Positions 13,834 to 27,466 of a stretch of 64,000 nucleotides of DNA are shown one piece after another. The translations under genes were made by a program, and so were the position numbers. This DNA is from Narcine bancroftii (taxonomy: Eukaryota): positions 289,106,001 through 289,170,000 of the forward strand of contig NC_091471.1 of the NCBI RefSeq assembly GCF_036971445.1, given 5' to 3'. The notes beneath the pieces were generated by a model. The model ran no database searches. It was not told the origin of the DNA and saw nothing but the letters and a program-made list of their open reading frames with translations. The number at the start of each line of letters is the position of its first letter. Position 1 is the stretch's first letter.

Positions 13834-14629
13834 CACACATGTCAAACTCAGGCCCGCGGGCCAAATTTGGTCCGTGATATAATTATATTTGGCCCGCAAG
13901 ATCATATCAAATATGTATTAGAGCTGGCCCACTTGCCGCCGCGCCAGTATAGCGCATGCAGAGCTAATACTACAAATCCCAGAATGCTTTGCAAATGCGT
14001 TGGCGTCAGCCCGCTCATCGCCCCCACCTCCTCTCTTTACTTTCATTAGAGTCTGCGACCTGTCGCCCAACTCACATGTAATAAACCCCTTACGAAAAAT
14101 GGCCAAACCAAAGACAGAAAACAGGACCTTTCAAGACAGGTGGGAGGCAAACTCTGACCCCAGACTTTGATGAACTTGCAACTAAGAAGAGATGCCAAGT
14201 ATCTGGTTTAGACCCAGGTGCATCAGAGTAAATCACAGTGTAGCAAGCGAAGCTTGGATTCATATTTTCTTTGGTTAACTTTGGACTGTTCATAGTTGAA
14301 AGATTGGATTTTCATTGAAGCAAGTTGTTATTTTTTTGACTTGTTGGCTTGTGAAAAAAAATACATTTTAAAGGAGCTTAAAGGCTATAGAGAAGTATTA
14401 TTTATTGAATATTTTATTTCTCATTTGTTAATGCTTCTTCTGGAAAGAGTTTAACCAAAACTATTATGAAACATTTATTTTAATAAGAAAAAGTTTAACA
14501 TTACATATGTTGAAAGAAGAGAAAACATGCAGATGTTGTTGAAAAATTTCAATAAATATTTAGTTTGGCCCACGACTTAGTCCAAGTGTTTAATTTTGGC
14601 CCTCTGTGAATTTGAGTTTGATACCCCTG
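13834..14629 (+). mobile_element. Non-autonomous hAT (Charlie/GTF2IRD2-type) DNA transposon, internal deletion derivative
   Basis: Perfect 8-bp TSD CTCTAGAG (13826-13833, 14630-14637). Imperfect TIRs CACACATGTCAAACTC / GAGTTTGATACCCCTG. Transposase N-terminus (MAKPKTENRTFQDRWEA, ATG 14099) is fused out of frame to the C-terminus (TLTPDFDELATKKRCQVSG). Confidence 0.92.
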
Positions 14630-15669
14630 CTCTAGAGGATCTATCCTCTACCTGAGTAGATGGGGAGGGAAGTAATTTTGAAATATTTTAGAAGCAACTG
14701 GAGAAGATGAATTGTTCACAAGGCCAAATATGTGAAATGCGACGAACATTGATTTGTGCCATGGTCAGCATGAACTGAGTGGGCTGAAAAACAGGTTATT
14801 ATGTCCTTCAGGCTCACAATTCAATGACTGATTATAAAACCAAAGACCTGAATTCAAATGATGGGATGAGAGTGGCTGATTTGTCATCAAGATAGCATTT
14901 GACCAAGTGGAACACCAAGGAGTCCTGGCAACACTAGAGTGAACTGGTATCAAGCAAGAACAAATCAATGGGTGGAATCATCCCTCACTTGAAGAATGTT
15001 GTGGTTGTTGCAGGTCCCAGCGCACAACTGCAAGTGTTCCTTTTGGCAGTGCCCTCAAACCAAGCATCTTCACCTAATTCATCAAGACCCTTTTTTTCCA
15101 TCAGAAGATTAGAAGTGGAGTCATTCATTGATTGTAACCCTTGATCAAACCTCGTGCAGCTCGACAGAGGCAACATCCATTTTGGATGGTAAGTGGCAAG
15201 TAACAGAAATGCTGGACAATGAATGTGTGCAAAGCATCAATTGGAGGAGGCTCAAGAACCAGGGGATAGAGAATTTTAAAAAATGGGCAAAATAACATGA
15301 AGAAAAACAAACTTACACAGTGAGTGGTGAGAGATGGGAATGCACTACCAGGCGTATTAATGCAGGGAGATTCATGGCTGCTGGAAAGAGGAGAGGGGAC
15401 TGGTGCTGATGTGCTCTTAATTGCTGATGACTTAGTGAGGGACATTAGGCTGGTATGGAGACAACAGGTAGAGTGGCCTCCTTCAGTGAGATAACCATTT
15501 TGTTATTCTATGACCTTTACCCTTTGATGTGGAACTGTGATGCTTAAACAGTGACTCCATTGCAGGCAACTCTTTTCAAGTGAAAAATGTTCAGTATTTG
15601 GAGAATTGGTGAGGTAAACATTTTGTGTCCAGCCACTAGGATAATCTAGCAGGTTCCAATTCCAATAGC

Positions 15670-15992
15670 TAGTGCTACAGCAGCGAGTGGAAGAATGACA
15701 CACACTCAATGAGACTGTAGTCAAGATTGCTTTTGTTGCTCTCCCGCCCTTGATTATATAGGCCCAGCTTCCCACTACTGGGCACGGTTTTCCCACTGTG
15801 GTTGGTGCAAGTTACATCACTGGCATTCCAGTCGCTGATTGGTCGCCATTCCTGCCAATGATGGCTGTTTCCCTCCAAGCGAGCTGTTAGATGGGAAGAA
15901 AGACCATTACCCCACGTGGGGTATGTGAAATGGCCGTGTTCATCCGCCATTTTTTATATTGGGTCGCCTCCTGGGTACCGGGCCACTACAAA
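15670..15992 (-). mobile_element. Probable solo LTR, present only in the left duplication arm
   Basis: ~320 bp block ending ...CACTACA that is absent at the homologous site (~32345) of the right arm. Confidence 0.5.
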
Positions 15993-16277
15993 ACATCTGT
16001 TATACTCGAGTCAGATCCAATCATCCTCCCCTGTGAATCTCTCATTTATAGAGAATCTAAACCAAAGGACAATGATACACAAGTTAAGTCGCTTCATCAA
16101 CTGTTGTTCACCCGAGAAATTGATTAAAACATTCTCCTTTCATCAAAAATCCTCACTGCAGAATATTAAGATGTAGAGAATGCAAAATGGAAGTGAATCC
16201 TTCCGTTTATGCAACATTACCGAGGGCTTAGTCCCAGTGCTTTAACTTGAATCAATCTGATTCCCCCTAGAGAACCT

Positions 16278-16714
16278 GAGAATACAACAATGGTACATAG
16301 AAATGAATAAATGGATTCTATTGGAAAAAAATAACATATAATTAAAAAAAATAAAGTCACATGATTTGAACAAATTTGGGAAACGTAGATGGATCACAAC
16401 AGAGAGGGCCTACCACGGACCTCCACCCACTAAGATGATAGATGAGAAGAAGACGAAATGACCTGATCCAGTGTGTAAACGTAGCTGACACATTTTTCTT
16501 CTTTATTTTCATTGTGTGATGACTTTGTTTCATGGGTTTATTGTATTGTATATGTTGAACTTTTAATGGGTTTGGAGGGGTGTGGGAAGGAGGGAGGGAA
16601 GGTAGAGGGGAAAAGAGGGGCAAAAATTCCACTGTGTATATTCAAGAGGGAAATGTTTGTGTGCATTTTGATTAATATGGTTCATAGTGTGAAAAATAAA
16701 AAAAATTAAAAAAA
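16278..16714 (+). mobile_element. 5'-truncated L1-like 3' end with A-tail, left arm only
   Basis: Similar to the reverse complement of 1890-2300. Ends in AATAAA and an A-run. Absent from the right arm at ~32080. Flanked by AACCTG. Confidence 0.75.
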
Positions 16715-19329
16715 CCTGTTTGCTCCCTCTGGAGACCAACACTGTAGATTGTGCTGAGGTCCCAATGCCATCTGACTATAAGATTCCACCTGGTTATCAA
16801 TGTACATCAGAATGTGAATGACCAGTCCTCTGTTAGTCTCTAATATTTATCTGGAGAGTTAAATTTCAAATAAAACGAGGACTTTGGAAGCCAACTTCAC
16901 TCAATTGAAAACAGAATGTGGATGGCTAGGGGCAAGTCTGCAGAGAGTTGTTGCTGCTTCACTCAGTTTACAAAACTTCTGATCAGCTTCATCAAGCTGG
17001 ACTAAATTGTAAATGGAGGGGGATTCTGTCCTGATCCAGTGAGAAGAAACTCCATGATAAAGTGGACATTATTGAGCTGTGCAAATGGAAAACAAACATT
17101 TCCTACTTTCCAAATTTTGAAAGGAAAATTTCCAGCGCGCCAGCTTTGCATTGAGCCGAAATACCCATTAGGAAACTGCAAATGTACTACAATCCATGGA
17201 TAATAGTATTTACAGCTCAATTGAATTATAATCAACTATTTTTAATTGTAATTATCAAAATGTTCAACTTGTGAAAATAACAAACATCTGCGGTGCCAGC
17301 AGGAAACAACCTGCTATTTTAAGGAGGGGGACTGTCCTGAACTCAGACAAGACGCTCAGATCTGCTTTTTATACCTCATTACCCAAATATCAGAGATTCT
17401 GTTGTTACTAAGATGTGAGTCTTGTATCTATCAGGCACTTAACTGTTTAAAGACTCTTGGAAAAGGACATGGATATCAGCAAAATGGAGTGTTATGCATG
17501 TAAGGTGGAGAAATATTAGATAGTTGTGATTTATCTAGGTCACCAAAACACCATGGGTTGAAGGGTCTGTGCTGTACAACATTGTTCTATGTAAAGGGGC
17601 ATCATCTCCAGGGCTCCCTGAAATTTAAAGAACAGGAATTGCTTCAGAAATTCGGCCATGTTGGGAGTACCTCACGCGACTGACTTATTCACTGAATTCT
17701 GTAGGACGGAATGTTCATCAAGGCCAATGGTGTAAATGGGTCACATTGAGATCACTCCCATTACATGGGCAAAACTTGGTTTGCTTTCCACTAACATCAA
17801 ATGAAGGGAGATGTGTAATCGAATTCAACTCAATGCCAGCCACTTTACCCCAATCCAATGTTAAATTGACCCATTGCTTGTTTTAATTCTTATGATGTTA
17901 TTTCATTAAATCATTTCAGTTTCTGAAATCTGTGAATCAGCCTGGTCTGTGCATCTGTAGCATCAGTCCCATTGACCCACAGGCCACTCCTCCAGTGGGA
18001 AGCCAGAGAGTGAGTGTGGACAGACAGGTTCAAATGAAACCAGCTGATCCCACTGCTGCCCTCCTCCCACTCAGAGCCATCAGGGACAATGATGGTGAGC
18101 TGGAAAGTGGAAACCTTGGCTGTGTTCTGATTTGTATCCCTGGACATCTAGACTAAGATCTAATTTCATTGGATAAGAACAAGGATAAGCACGTGCAGTT
18201 GCCGAGACAGAAAACCCTAACACAACATGGATAACTTATTTCACCTTCTTTATGTGGATACTGACAACAGTCCAAGTCAATTCTATACAGATGGAAGGTG
18301 ATAAAGTGACATGGACATTCAAGAAAGAAAGACCGGTGACTAAATCAGCCACATCCCATAGTTCAACCAACAGCAATAAAACCTATTGCATGGTCGGTCC
18401 AGGATAGTACATCAGAACTATGGAGGGTGAAGGGTAGGAGTGCTGACATGTGTATAACAATAATCAAATCTAATCATCACGCTAAATTGGTCAAATAAAT
18501 GATCCAAGCTAAACAACAACAGAATTAATAATACTACACTTGAACGGTTTTGGCTTGGTGTCAGCTGAGAGAATAAAATGCCTCAGATATTGCAAAACAG
18601 ATTTGCCAACACCTTCATGTTACATGGGTCATCACGCTTAACAGCAAAGACCTGCTTTGTATCACAGTGTTAAACCTGTGATTCCGTCTTCTGGAAGCTG
18701 ACCCTGAGATGAGCCATTATTTTGAATGCTTGAAGTCAAAGAAAATATGTTTGTGTTTTTATGTAGTAGAGTTCATAAGAGCAAACCCAGTCTCCTGGGA
18801 AACCCATGTGGAGGGTGAGTGAGGGGTAGGATGAGCAGCAAAGAGCAGCCGACACAGAGGATAAAGAGCATCGGCCGTGGTTAATGCTCTTCCTGGGGAG
18901 AAAGGGCCACAAGAAGCAAATGGTAAACAGCCCATCAAAGGGAAAGGGAGTCGTGGCCAAACTGACCCTAACTCATGGCCCCAAGGACTTTATCAAGGCT
19001 CCAAACAAGGTAAAGTAGGAACTTGAGAACTTCCCTGAAAAGTCCACAAATCACAAAGAAGAAACATGAGGGGTTGGAGAAATGGGAATTAGAATAGGAG
19101 GAAGCTTGGAAGCTGCTGGGGCTCTGGCTCCTGGGGCAGTGTTGCCAAGCTTAAGCTTAAATGTTTGAAAGTCATCTTTAAATATCGGATCGGGTTTCAA
19201 GGTGCACTGTCTGCTTCACCGCTGAGAGTCAGGTGTAAAAATGACCCGTGAGGTGCAAGCTTTGCAAAAAAAAATTGGCAACTATTAATTCAATTTGATT
19301 TTTCTGAGAAAGAGTGAAAGAGAGTCTGC

Positions 19330-19332
<3 letters not shown>

Positions 19333-19373
<41 letters not shown>
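19333..19373. repeat. (AG)n microsatellite
   Basis: About 20 perfect AG units. Confidence 0.97.
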
Positions 19374-19376
<3 letters not shown>

Positions 19377-21209
19377 AGACATACAGAAAGAGTGATAGAG
19401 AGAGAGTAAGAGAGAGAGATGGTGAAAAGATTGTTGTGCGTTCGATATTCTGGGCTGCAAGGAAACTTTTAATTCTAATTCTCTCAGATGGAATTGAATC
19501 CGACAGTGAAAGCTTCGATGCAATTTAATAGGAAAACAAGATGCAGTGACCATATGTTAGGGGGTAGATTCACTGTGAGATTGAGCTGTGAGCAGGAGAG
19601 CTCTGTCAGATTCCAACAACTTTTCGCCTCTTCCTCTATCCTGTGACGTGTTAAATAATTATTTCACTGTTGCTTGTCAAATTTTAAAAGATTTTACCAT
19701 CGTACACTAATGTTTCCAATGAAGGAAAACTCAAAAAGGGATTTGTTTTTTTTCACGTTATAACTATGCATTTTAACGCTTCCTTCTCATTGCCACTTTC
19801 TTTGTTTATTATCTGAATGAATTTTGAGAGAAATTATGACAAATTCAACAATACAATTTTTATAAATACGGTCAAGTTCTAAACTGTGTGTGTCTCAAAT
19901 TCCAGATACAAGATTTCCACTTATTAATTGTTTCTCATTCTTAATGACTACTTTATGATGTATTTCTGGGCAGATTGGGGTAATCCCAAAATATTGTCTT
20001 CCTTGATGAGAATAATTTATCTCTGAGAGACGCGTCTTGATATTTAATATGCTTTTTGGATGTCGAATTGATAATCCAGTTCTAAACAAGTTTTGTGAGT
20101 TCAATAACAAGGATAAAACATTCATAGGTTATTAATGTCTGAAATGATTTGGAATGTTTGAATTGACTTTGAGTCTTTTTTGAATGACAGATCCCAAGAT
20201 CTGCTGCAGCATCGAAGGCTGAGTAACTCCAGTTGACAGCACATGACTCGTCATCATAGAATTGAGCTCTAAATTTAAAATAAAACACTGTTTCTATTTG
20301 GTTTAAGAACAATGCTGGTCTCTGGAATTCAGCTGTTTGATCCATGTTGTGATTAGGTTCTGGTGAGGTCTGGAGCAAGTGATCCAGAGGAATTCTAACC
20401 TGGGCATCACTGTGAGTAACTGCCAGTTGGGAGCAATTTGGACGACAGGTCGCATCACATTACTGAGGAATGAACACTAATTGGCCAGGATGAATTTGTC
20501 CTCATGTTTGTGCATTGGACATTTCTGGGCAAGATTGCATCCTGTTGTGTCGATCACACTGTTGATCAGACTTTGGAACTGCTTGATAGATTAAAGACGA
20601 GGTCTATAGTGCAAGTCTTCAGTACGATGTCTCAGCTCCCTGAGTCCCTGTAGTAGACAGGGATCTCAGCTGTTTCGTGATATCAGGTGGGATGAATTGA
20701 ATTTCAATGATCAGAGGAATCTCAGGAGAAAGGTGAGTTAAATGATCTTTTTGGCACTTACCAATGAATGTGGATGTGATTAATTCAGAATTTGCTTCAG
20801 CACTCATGGAGTGGGCTGGGCTGCAGCATCTTGGAGCCACCTCCTCTAAAACTCATTCATCTGATCCAACTGTTGTGACGTTACAGTTAATGGTTGGAAT
20901 CCCTGCTCTGAACTGAGAGAAAACATTTGGATCAGCATTACATACCACATTGCCCAAATATCATAGGCTTTAATCAGTTTAAAGTTGAACACCAAAGTGA
21001 ACACCAGGTCTGTGTAGCCTCTGGTTCCAAGAGCCCGACTGATTTAGGAAGGGGCTGGCTCGAGTCTTTATATGGGCCAGTGATTGACAACCAGCATGGT
21101 GAGGCCAGCCTCCCAGGTTGTCTACATGCAGGTACAGTGGTTTCCCCCTGCAGTAGGCCGGTAGGAGTGCGGCCAGTGTAGTGGTTGTAGCACCATAGTG
21201 GCCACCTGC

Positions 21210-21357
21210 TTTTATCTGACACCCTGATGAAGGGCTCAGGCCCAAAAGGTAGTTTATATATGTTTGCTTCCTATGGACACTGCATGACATGCTGCATTAC
21301 TCCAGCACTTTTGTTATTTAAACTAAAATAACAGCATCTGCAGACTTTCTTGTTTAA
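21210..21357 (+). mobile_element. Penelope-type tail fragment with a degenerate minimal hammerhead-ribozyme motif
   Basis: CTGATGA (21224-21230), then A, then the stem-loop GGGC-TCAG-GCCC, then AAAA where GAAA is expected. Followed by the CTCCAGCAC..AGCATCTGCAG tail. Confidence 0.55.
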
Positions 21358-23454
21358 CCCTATCCCTAGCAATGGTTAGGCCCTGGAGATGAGTGACTGA
21401 AAACAAGGTTGAAATGCTCACAATAATATTCAGCCAGAAGTGCTGAGCGAGTGATCATCACAATCTCCTCCCAAGATTCGCACCATCACAGAAAGCAGTC
21501 TCCATTCGATTCAGTCCACTCCACCTGATATGAAGGAAGAGCAGAGTCTCTGGATCCAGAGAAGTTCCCAAATGTAACACAGAGGGAATGCAAAATAAAA
21601 ATGAGGAGGGCAAAGAGAGGGCCATGAAACAACTCTAGAAGATAAAGTTCAAGAGAATCCCAAAGCTATTTAGAAATATTTTCAGAGCAAGTTGGTTGTA
21701 GGCTACTAGTATCAAACCACACGAGGCAGAGTGCAGGTAAAACACTGGTTTTAATAGACTGGCATAAAGATAGGCTTTGAGGCCTTGGTCTTGCCTCTGT
21801 ACATGCCTAGGCCAGAATGAGGGGGAAGGGATCCTCTGGGCTTATATGCAAGATCACTAGGTGAGCCAACTGGTGATCTAGTGGTGTAATGACATCATGC
21901 ATGAGTTACCACCACAATGGAAACCTGGGAAACATCCATCCCTTAAGGGACTGGAGGGAATGTATGCATGGAGCAAGGGGATCTGGGTGATGCTTAAATG
22001 AAAACTTCTCATCTGCATTCACAAGGGAGAGAGTGAAACGTTCGGGGAGAGGAAATTTAATATTCTGGACATGTTCCAGTTCAGATGCTGCATGTATTTG
22101 AGCAAAGATAAGGATATAGATTTCCAGGGCCTGTCAAGAATTCTTGTGGTGAACTGTTGTATTCCTGATTACCTGGCTCTGTCCCATTCTGTGACTGTAC
22201 CGATGGCCCTCCCTCTTGGACCTTGCATAAAGCCTCTAACACCTTGACCCTTCCCCAGAAAGCACGGGTCACGGCACAAGACGTGGTCCCTGTCCATTGT
22301 GAACACAAGCAGGTAAATCAATGACTCATTGTCAGCCTCTTGAGTTATTTACTGCCCGTCAATTAACTCAAGGTATGATGGGAGGTGAGGGACGAGATCA
22401 TGGGATCCTGACAGAACACTGGAAATTTGACAGCCTGAGATCAGGTATCACATGTCTGCAGGATAGCAGAGGTGGTTCCATCATTCAAAGGTGTTCACCC
22501 CAATTAGCTAATGAGTTTCACATCATCGTTTTGGAAATATTCAGAATGACTGGATTGATTTACTTTTGGAAAGGCAGGGATCCCACACTTGTGAATTTCC
22601 TTCATAACAGGAGAGGGATGAATAGGGTATGGCCGAGGTGGGATGAGTCTTTGACTGGATTGGTTTCATTTCATTGATGTCTCCCTCTGCCTTTGAAGTG
22701 TGATGTCACACTCCACCAGATTCAGGGTAATTTTCTGTTCTGAATTTGGTTGACACCTGACTGAACTTCAACAGTAGTAAACTTCTGTTGTCTTTGCTTT
22801 GTTTTGAGTGATCTCTCTCTCTACCTCTGCCCTTCTGTACCATGTCTTACTTGCTGTACTGTGTACGAGATGTCAATCAACCTGTACTATCTCAAAACAA
22901 ACATTATCACTTCTTCTTGGTACGTCCCAATAAACGTGAATGTGAACTTCAACTTTCTTTCTAGATGATGGAGGAACGGAGGGTGTGAGTGAAGGACTCT
23001 GTAACGTTCACAATGCTCTACAAGTTTATCGCGGTCTAGGGTGGAGCTGTTCTCCTACCACACAATGATGAACCCTGACAGGATACTTTGAGTGCTGTAC
23101 CTGTGGAAGTTGTAACACGCCAAATTTACTAAAGGTTCTGAGGAAGGAGAGAAGCTGGAAGGGATATTCTGGAGCATGTTACATTTAGGTTCTGGATGAT
23201 TTGAAGGAAAAATAAGGATGAAAATCCTCACGTTCTGATTAGACGTATCCCTGATTCTTACTCATTGGTGTTAAATTCTAATATTGGAAGAGTGACTCCG
23301 ATGATTGTAAATCTCTTCAATTAAAGAAAAAAATCTTATTTTTGGAGTTTTAATTAGTGGAATAATTGTCCATATTCCCTGGTTTGTTTCTTCTCTGAGC
23401 AGTCACTGTATTTAAGAAGTGGTCGGGCCATCTCCATTAAATGACTGTTAAATT

Positions 23455-25700
23455 TTGCTGTCAGATCCAAAGCCCTTCCCACGTGACACTCTCATTGGTG
23501 GTGATTCCTTTTAAACATGACAACAAGGAGATACAAGACAAGTCCCATATTGGTCACTCTTCACAATAGAAACCGGCCAAAATATTCTGCTCTCATAAAA
23601 ATCTTCACTGCAGAACATTTAAGATGAAGATTGATGCAAAATGTAAATGACCCCTTCAGGTACTGATTTGACGACATTATACTGTGTGTTTTCCAATGTT
23701 TCAACTGTGAATCAAAGTGATTCACTCCCCAGAAACTGATGACATAGATGTACTATGGCACTAATGCCATCTGACAGTCGTTTTCCAACTTGAGGCCACC
23801 ATTTCAACTGGTGGATACGATCTAACAGGAGTATACGATATTTCAAACAGAATTGGGATATTGAAAGCAAATGCACTCATTTCAATGCACAAACAGGATT
23901 GGTTGAGATCAGGCTGCAGAGACCTGGTTCAGTACCATATGGCTTACAATATTTCAATACTTCTGATTTAATTGTAAAGCTGGACGATATAAATAAAAGA
24001 ATGTGCCCTAATCCATGGTACGTTGGACATTATTGAATTGTGTCAATTTGGGAGAAGTGAACTTTGTTAATGTTCCAATTTTGTAAATAAAAATTGCTTG
24101 GCTACTTTACAAGAGAGATTTGGCATTGTTCCAATCAGCATCAACTGGGTGTGAAACTAACCAAGATCTGTGGCCCAGCAGGAAACAAGCTGTTATTTTA
24201 AGGAGAGAGGCAATCCCACACTGAGGCAAAACATTTGGATCAGCTTATCATACCACAGTATCCCCAATATCAGAGGGTCTGTTCCATCTGAGGTGCTACT
24301 TTACTAACGATCAGGCACTCACTCTTTAAAGGGACATTTTCTCCAGTGCTCTCTTTGAGTTGTCAGAACAGAAATCGCTTCAGATGTTCAGTCGTGCTGG
24401 TTACCAGATTAACGTCTTATTTGTTCAAAAATATACGTTATTTGCAATAAATTGTAAACAATACAGTAGAAAAACTTCAAGACTTTATATTCATAGTTTC
24501 AATCATCAACTGAATTATTTAAAATACCGAAAAAACTTAAAAATTTTACATAGTGTACATCAATATACATTTCACGTTTTACAAAATACTCTTAATACTC
24601 CATTGTCACCACCATTATGGCACCTTGTTATTCTTCCTTCCCATCCTCCCCCCCCCCAACCTGCACTGTTATTTGAGGGACTTCCACTCAGTGTCAGTCC
24701 CTCAGTTCCTGCTGATGAGGTGACTCTAAACTTTGCTCTCTCCCCATAGTGCCCTTGTGTTAACTTCAACAAACCTCAGCACATCTCCCAGCACATTTTC
24801 CTGCAGCCTGGAATGAGTCAGTCGACAGCATTCCCGGACCGACATCTCAGTATGCTGAAAGATCGTCAGGGCTGACTAAAGGGCGTCTTTGGTTGATGGT
24901 CTTGCAGCAGTTCTGGATGTCGGACTCAGAGTGTTTTCCCAGGAACAGTCCATTAATCAGGGTGTCATCTGTCACAGTGCCAGTGGGATTGCACCATGAC
25001 AAAGCCCCCTGCATCCCTCTCAACACGCGTTTTTGCCAATCTACATTCAGCAAAGTGGTGGGTGACGAACTCCACTCTACGGCAGCTGTTCTTGGGACAA
25101 CATTTCTGGAGAGTGAAATTCTGGTTGTGCAAGAAGCATCTCACTGGGAGGGCTCCTCTCACCATCAGCTAGAGTACGTTCTGGTGCATATTAGTGAGCC
25201 TTGGTGATGAGGCATTCCATTGGCTAACTTGCACCGTCTGCTCCTATCCATTTTAACCCTATCCATTTTAAAACCCCAAATGAATCTGAAAACTGTGCTG
25301 GTGACTGCCAGGATGCAGATACAAGAGATGAGCACCTGATGACCAGGTTCTTCCCTGTTATCAAGAAGGAGCACTGTGCTCACAGCCCCAATATTTGGTG
25401 GACCTTTGCGATCCATTCTGGCCAATTGTTGTTACATACCACAGCCCCTCCAAGGCAGGTCCCCAACTTATTTCACCCCACTGAATTTTTTTCACTAAAT
25501 TTTGGGGGACGGAACGTTCATCAGGGCTAATGGTTTAAATGGGTCACACTGAGCTCACCCCGTTGCATTTGCCAAAGATTTGTTTCCCTTCCACTGAAAT
25601 CAAAGGAACCGACAATTGAAGGGAAGTGGAGAACGTCATCCACTTATTCAATGCAATGTCACCTACATTACAACATTCAAAGTTAATCTGACTCCAGCTT
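23455..25700 (+). repeat. Older, more diverged direct copy of the 16005-17880 segment, interrupted by a Tx1-like LINE
   Basis: Shared collinear blocks, e.g. CACTGCAGAA..TAAGATG..ATGCAAAATG, GGACATTATTGA, CCAGCAGGAAACAA..TATTTTAAGGAG, GGACGGAA.GTTCATCA..AAATGGGTCACA.TGAG. Confidence 0.75.
24400..25355 (-). mobile_element. Tx1-like LINE 3' fragment
   Basis: GALPVRCFLH..CPKNSCR..VTHHFAEC zinc-binding region. A/T-rich 3' end toward 24400. Confidence 0.65.
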
Positions 25701-25799
25701 GTCATGAGTCACATGGTGTTATCTTTGTTCCTGCATTTGATTAAAAAATCTCTTCATCCCCCCACTTCCCACTTAAAAAAAAATGTCCATCATCCTGCT

Positions 25800-27010
25800 C
25801 TGTTTATTTGCAGCATGAGTGCATGTTGGAGAAGAACAGGTCTTTGTGAGTCCGGCAGGGTGACATCACTTAACTTCATCTCAGTCATGAGGTGCTCCTG
25901 CTCCTTGTATTCTAGCTTCTCCAGTAAGCTGATGGCTTCCTGGACAGGCTTACTGGTCATCAATCACGTCAAGGGAAAGACCACCCCTTTAAGCTGGAGG
26001 TGGGTAGTGGTCACGAGGTGGCCTGCCAGGCAGCAGTTACCCTGGAGTCCTCGGGGAAATTGCACTCAGGGGAGCACCTGTAGGTGACGGCAATGAGAGC
26101 CCAATACCTGAGACCTTCATGTTTTCACTGACCAGGTGCCACTGTGGCCAACTATTCATCTCCCATTCCAGGAGCATGGGGAACTTGGCCTGCACCGCAG
26201 ACACCACCTGATCACACAGGATGGTACCCTCGTCAATCCCTTTGTGCAATACTTGCAGGGAGTTGTTAACTGTTTGCTGTGCCATCAGGCTGCACAGGGC
26301 ACTGCCTCAAAATGTGAGAGGCAGATTTGGGGAGCCCCCTCATCCCACAGCTGGTGCAGCCATGCAGCCAAGTGCTTGCCCGGCCACTGGTGATATCTGT
26401 GCCGCAGCCTGGTTAACTTCTTGCTGGAATAAACATGGGTTGCAATGGCCACTTGCCCTCTCCCCCTTCCTGTTGGGGTGGACTAGTGGGGTGGTATTGG
26501 TCCACCTTTGCAAGGTCTTTGGTATGCAGGGAGGAAGGACATGTGTAATGGGACTCAGCCTCCTCGTGGTCATCATTGTTCATCATTGTCCAGTATATTT
26601 GTACACAAGGCTGCCAGTGCTCACATGGGCAGTGTCTAGTGCCCAGTGCCGCCTGTCGTCAGGGTTTCCTGCTTCAGGGACTTGATCTGCTGGTCTTTCT
26701 GAGCACCCAGTTTTGTTATGTTCTGAGTGATTTCCCACTGGATCCTCAGAAGGGATGTCAGCAACCCTAGGGCCCCCATCCCCACAACTTCCCCTGGCTT
26801 TGGGAAATCCCAATTCCTCCAAGAGGGAGACCACTTGGTGCCCAATCTTTTTGCCCACAGGGGTTCAGCCTGTTGACCCATTAAACCAGTATTGCATGGC
26901 TCGCCAGCCAAGCAGCTGGCTTGCTGAACCCCCGACTAACCTTTGTCCAGGCATTTGCAAAGCTGATAATAGGCCCAGGTCAGGTGGGAAATGTAGGCCT
27001 CATTTCCAAC
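25800..27010 (-). mobile_element. Degenerate Gypsy LTR-retrotransposon internal fragment (gag, protease, RT start)
   Basis: Decayed pieces such as CFQQEVNQ..HMAAP (knuckle-like), IDEGTI and PQWHLV resemble Gypsy gag-pol. Confidence 0.45.
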
Positions 27011-27214
27011 TGCTCATGAAGTATTTTTGTAGTCAGTGCTAAATTCGTATGATTTATGTATGTACATGTAGTGAACATGATGTACTTACAAGTAACAGGA
27101 CAGAATAAATGAACAAGAATGATTTATAAAAAGGGTCATGTCAAGAAATTTATTCAAAATGTATATAAGGCAATAGCATACTGTAATAAGGAGCAATAAA
27201 TGCAATAGTACATT

Positions 27215-27429
27215 CATTTATTTTAATATTTTATTTAAAATTTTAAATCCCATCTAAAAATACACATATATATATAGACGTTTTGATATCAAATTACGTG
27301 AATATTTTCAACTCTCCCTCCCAGCTTACCTCCCGAACCCTCCCCCTTACTAAACTAATAATAATAAAAATAAGGAATAGATAAGAAAAGAATATATATA
27401 TCTATATATAGATATATATAGATATATAT

Positions 27430-27466
<37 letters not shown>

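Larger units (their letters stand above)
9650..17850. repeat. Left arm of a large inverted segmental duplication
   Basis: Reverse-complement matches to 31090-41150. Paired ORFs: 9980-10267(-)/40595-40783(+), 10520-10798(+)/39591-39785(-), 12901-13218(-)/34617-34829(+), 15916-16176(+)/32110-32370(-). Confidence 0.9.

Noticed and set aside
17911-18156. Overlapping ORFs with faintly Ig-like words (SRDTNQNT, TFQLTI, LGCVL)
   Set aside because: They lack the Cys/Trp/YxC spacing of a V or C domain, so a second Ig gene or pseudogene cannot be supported.
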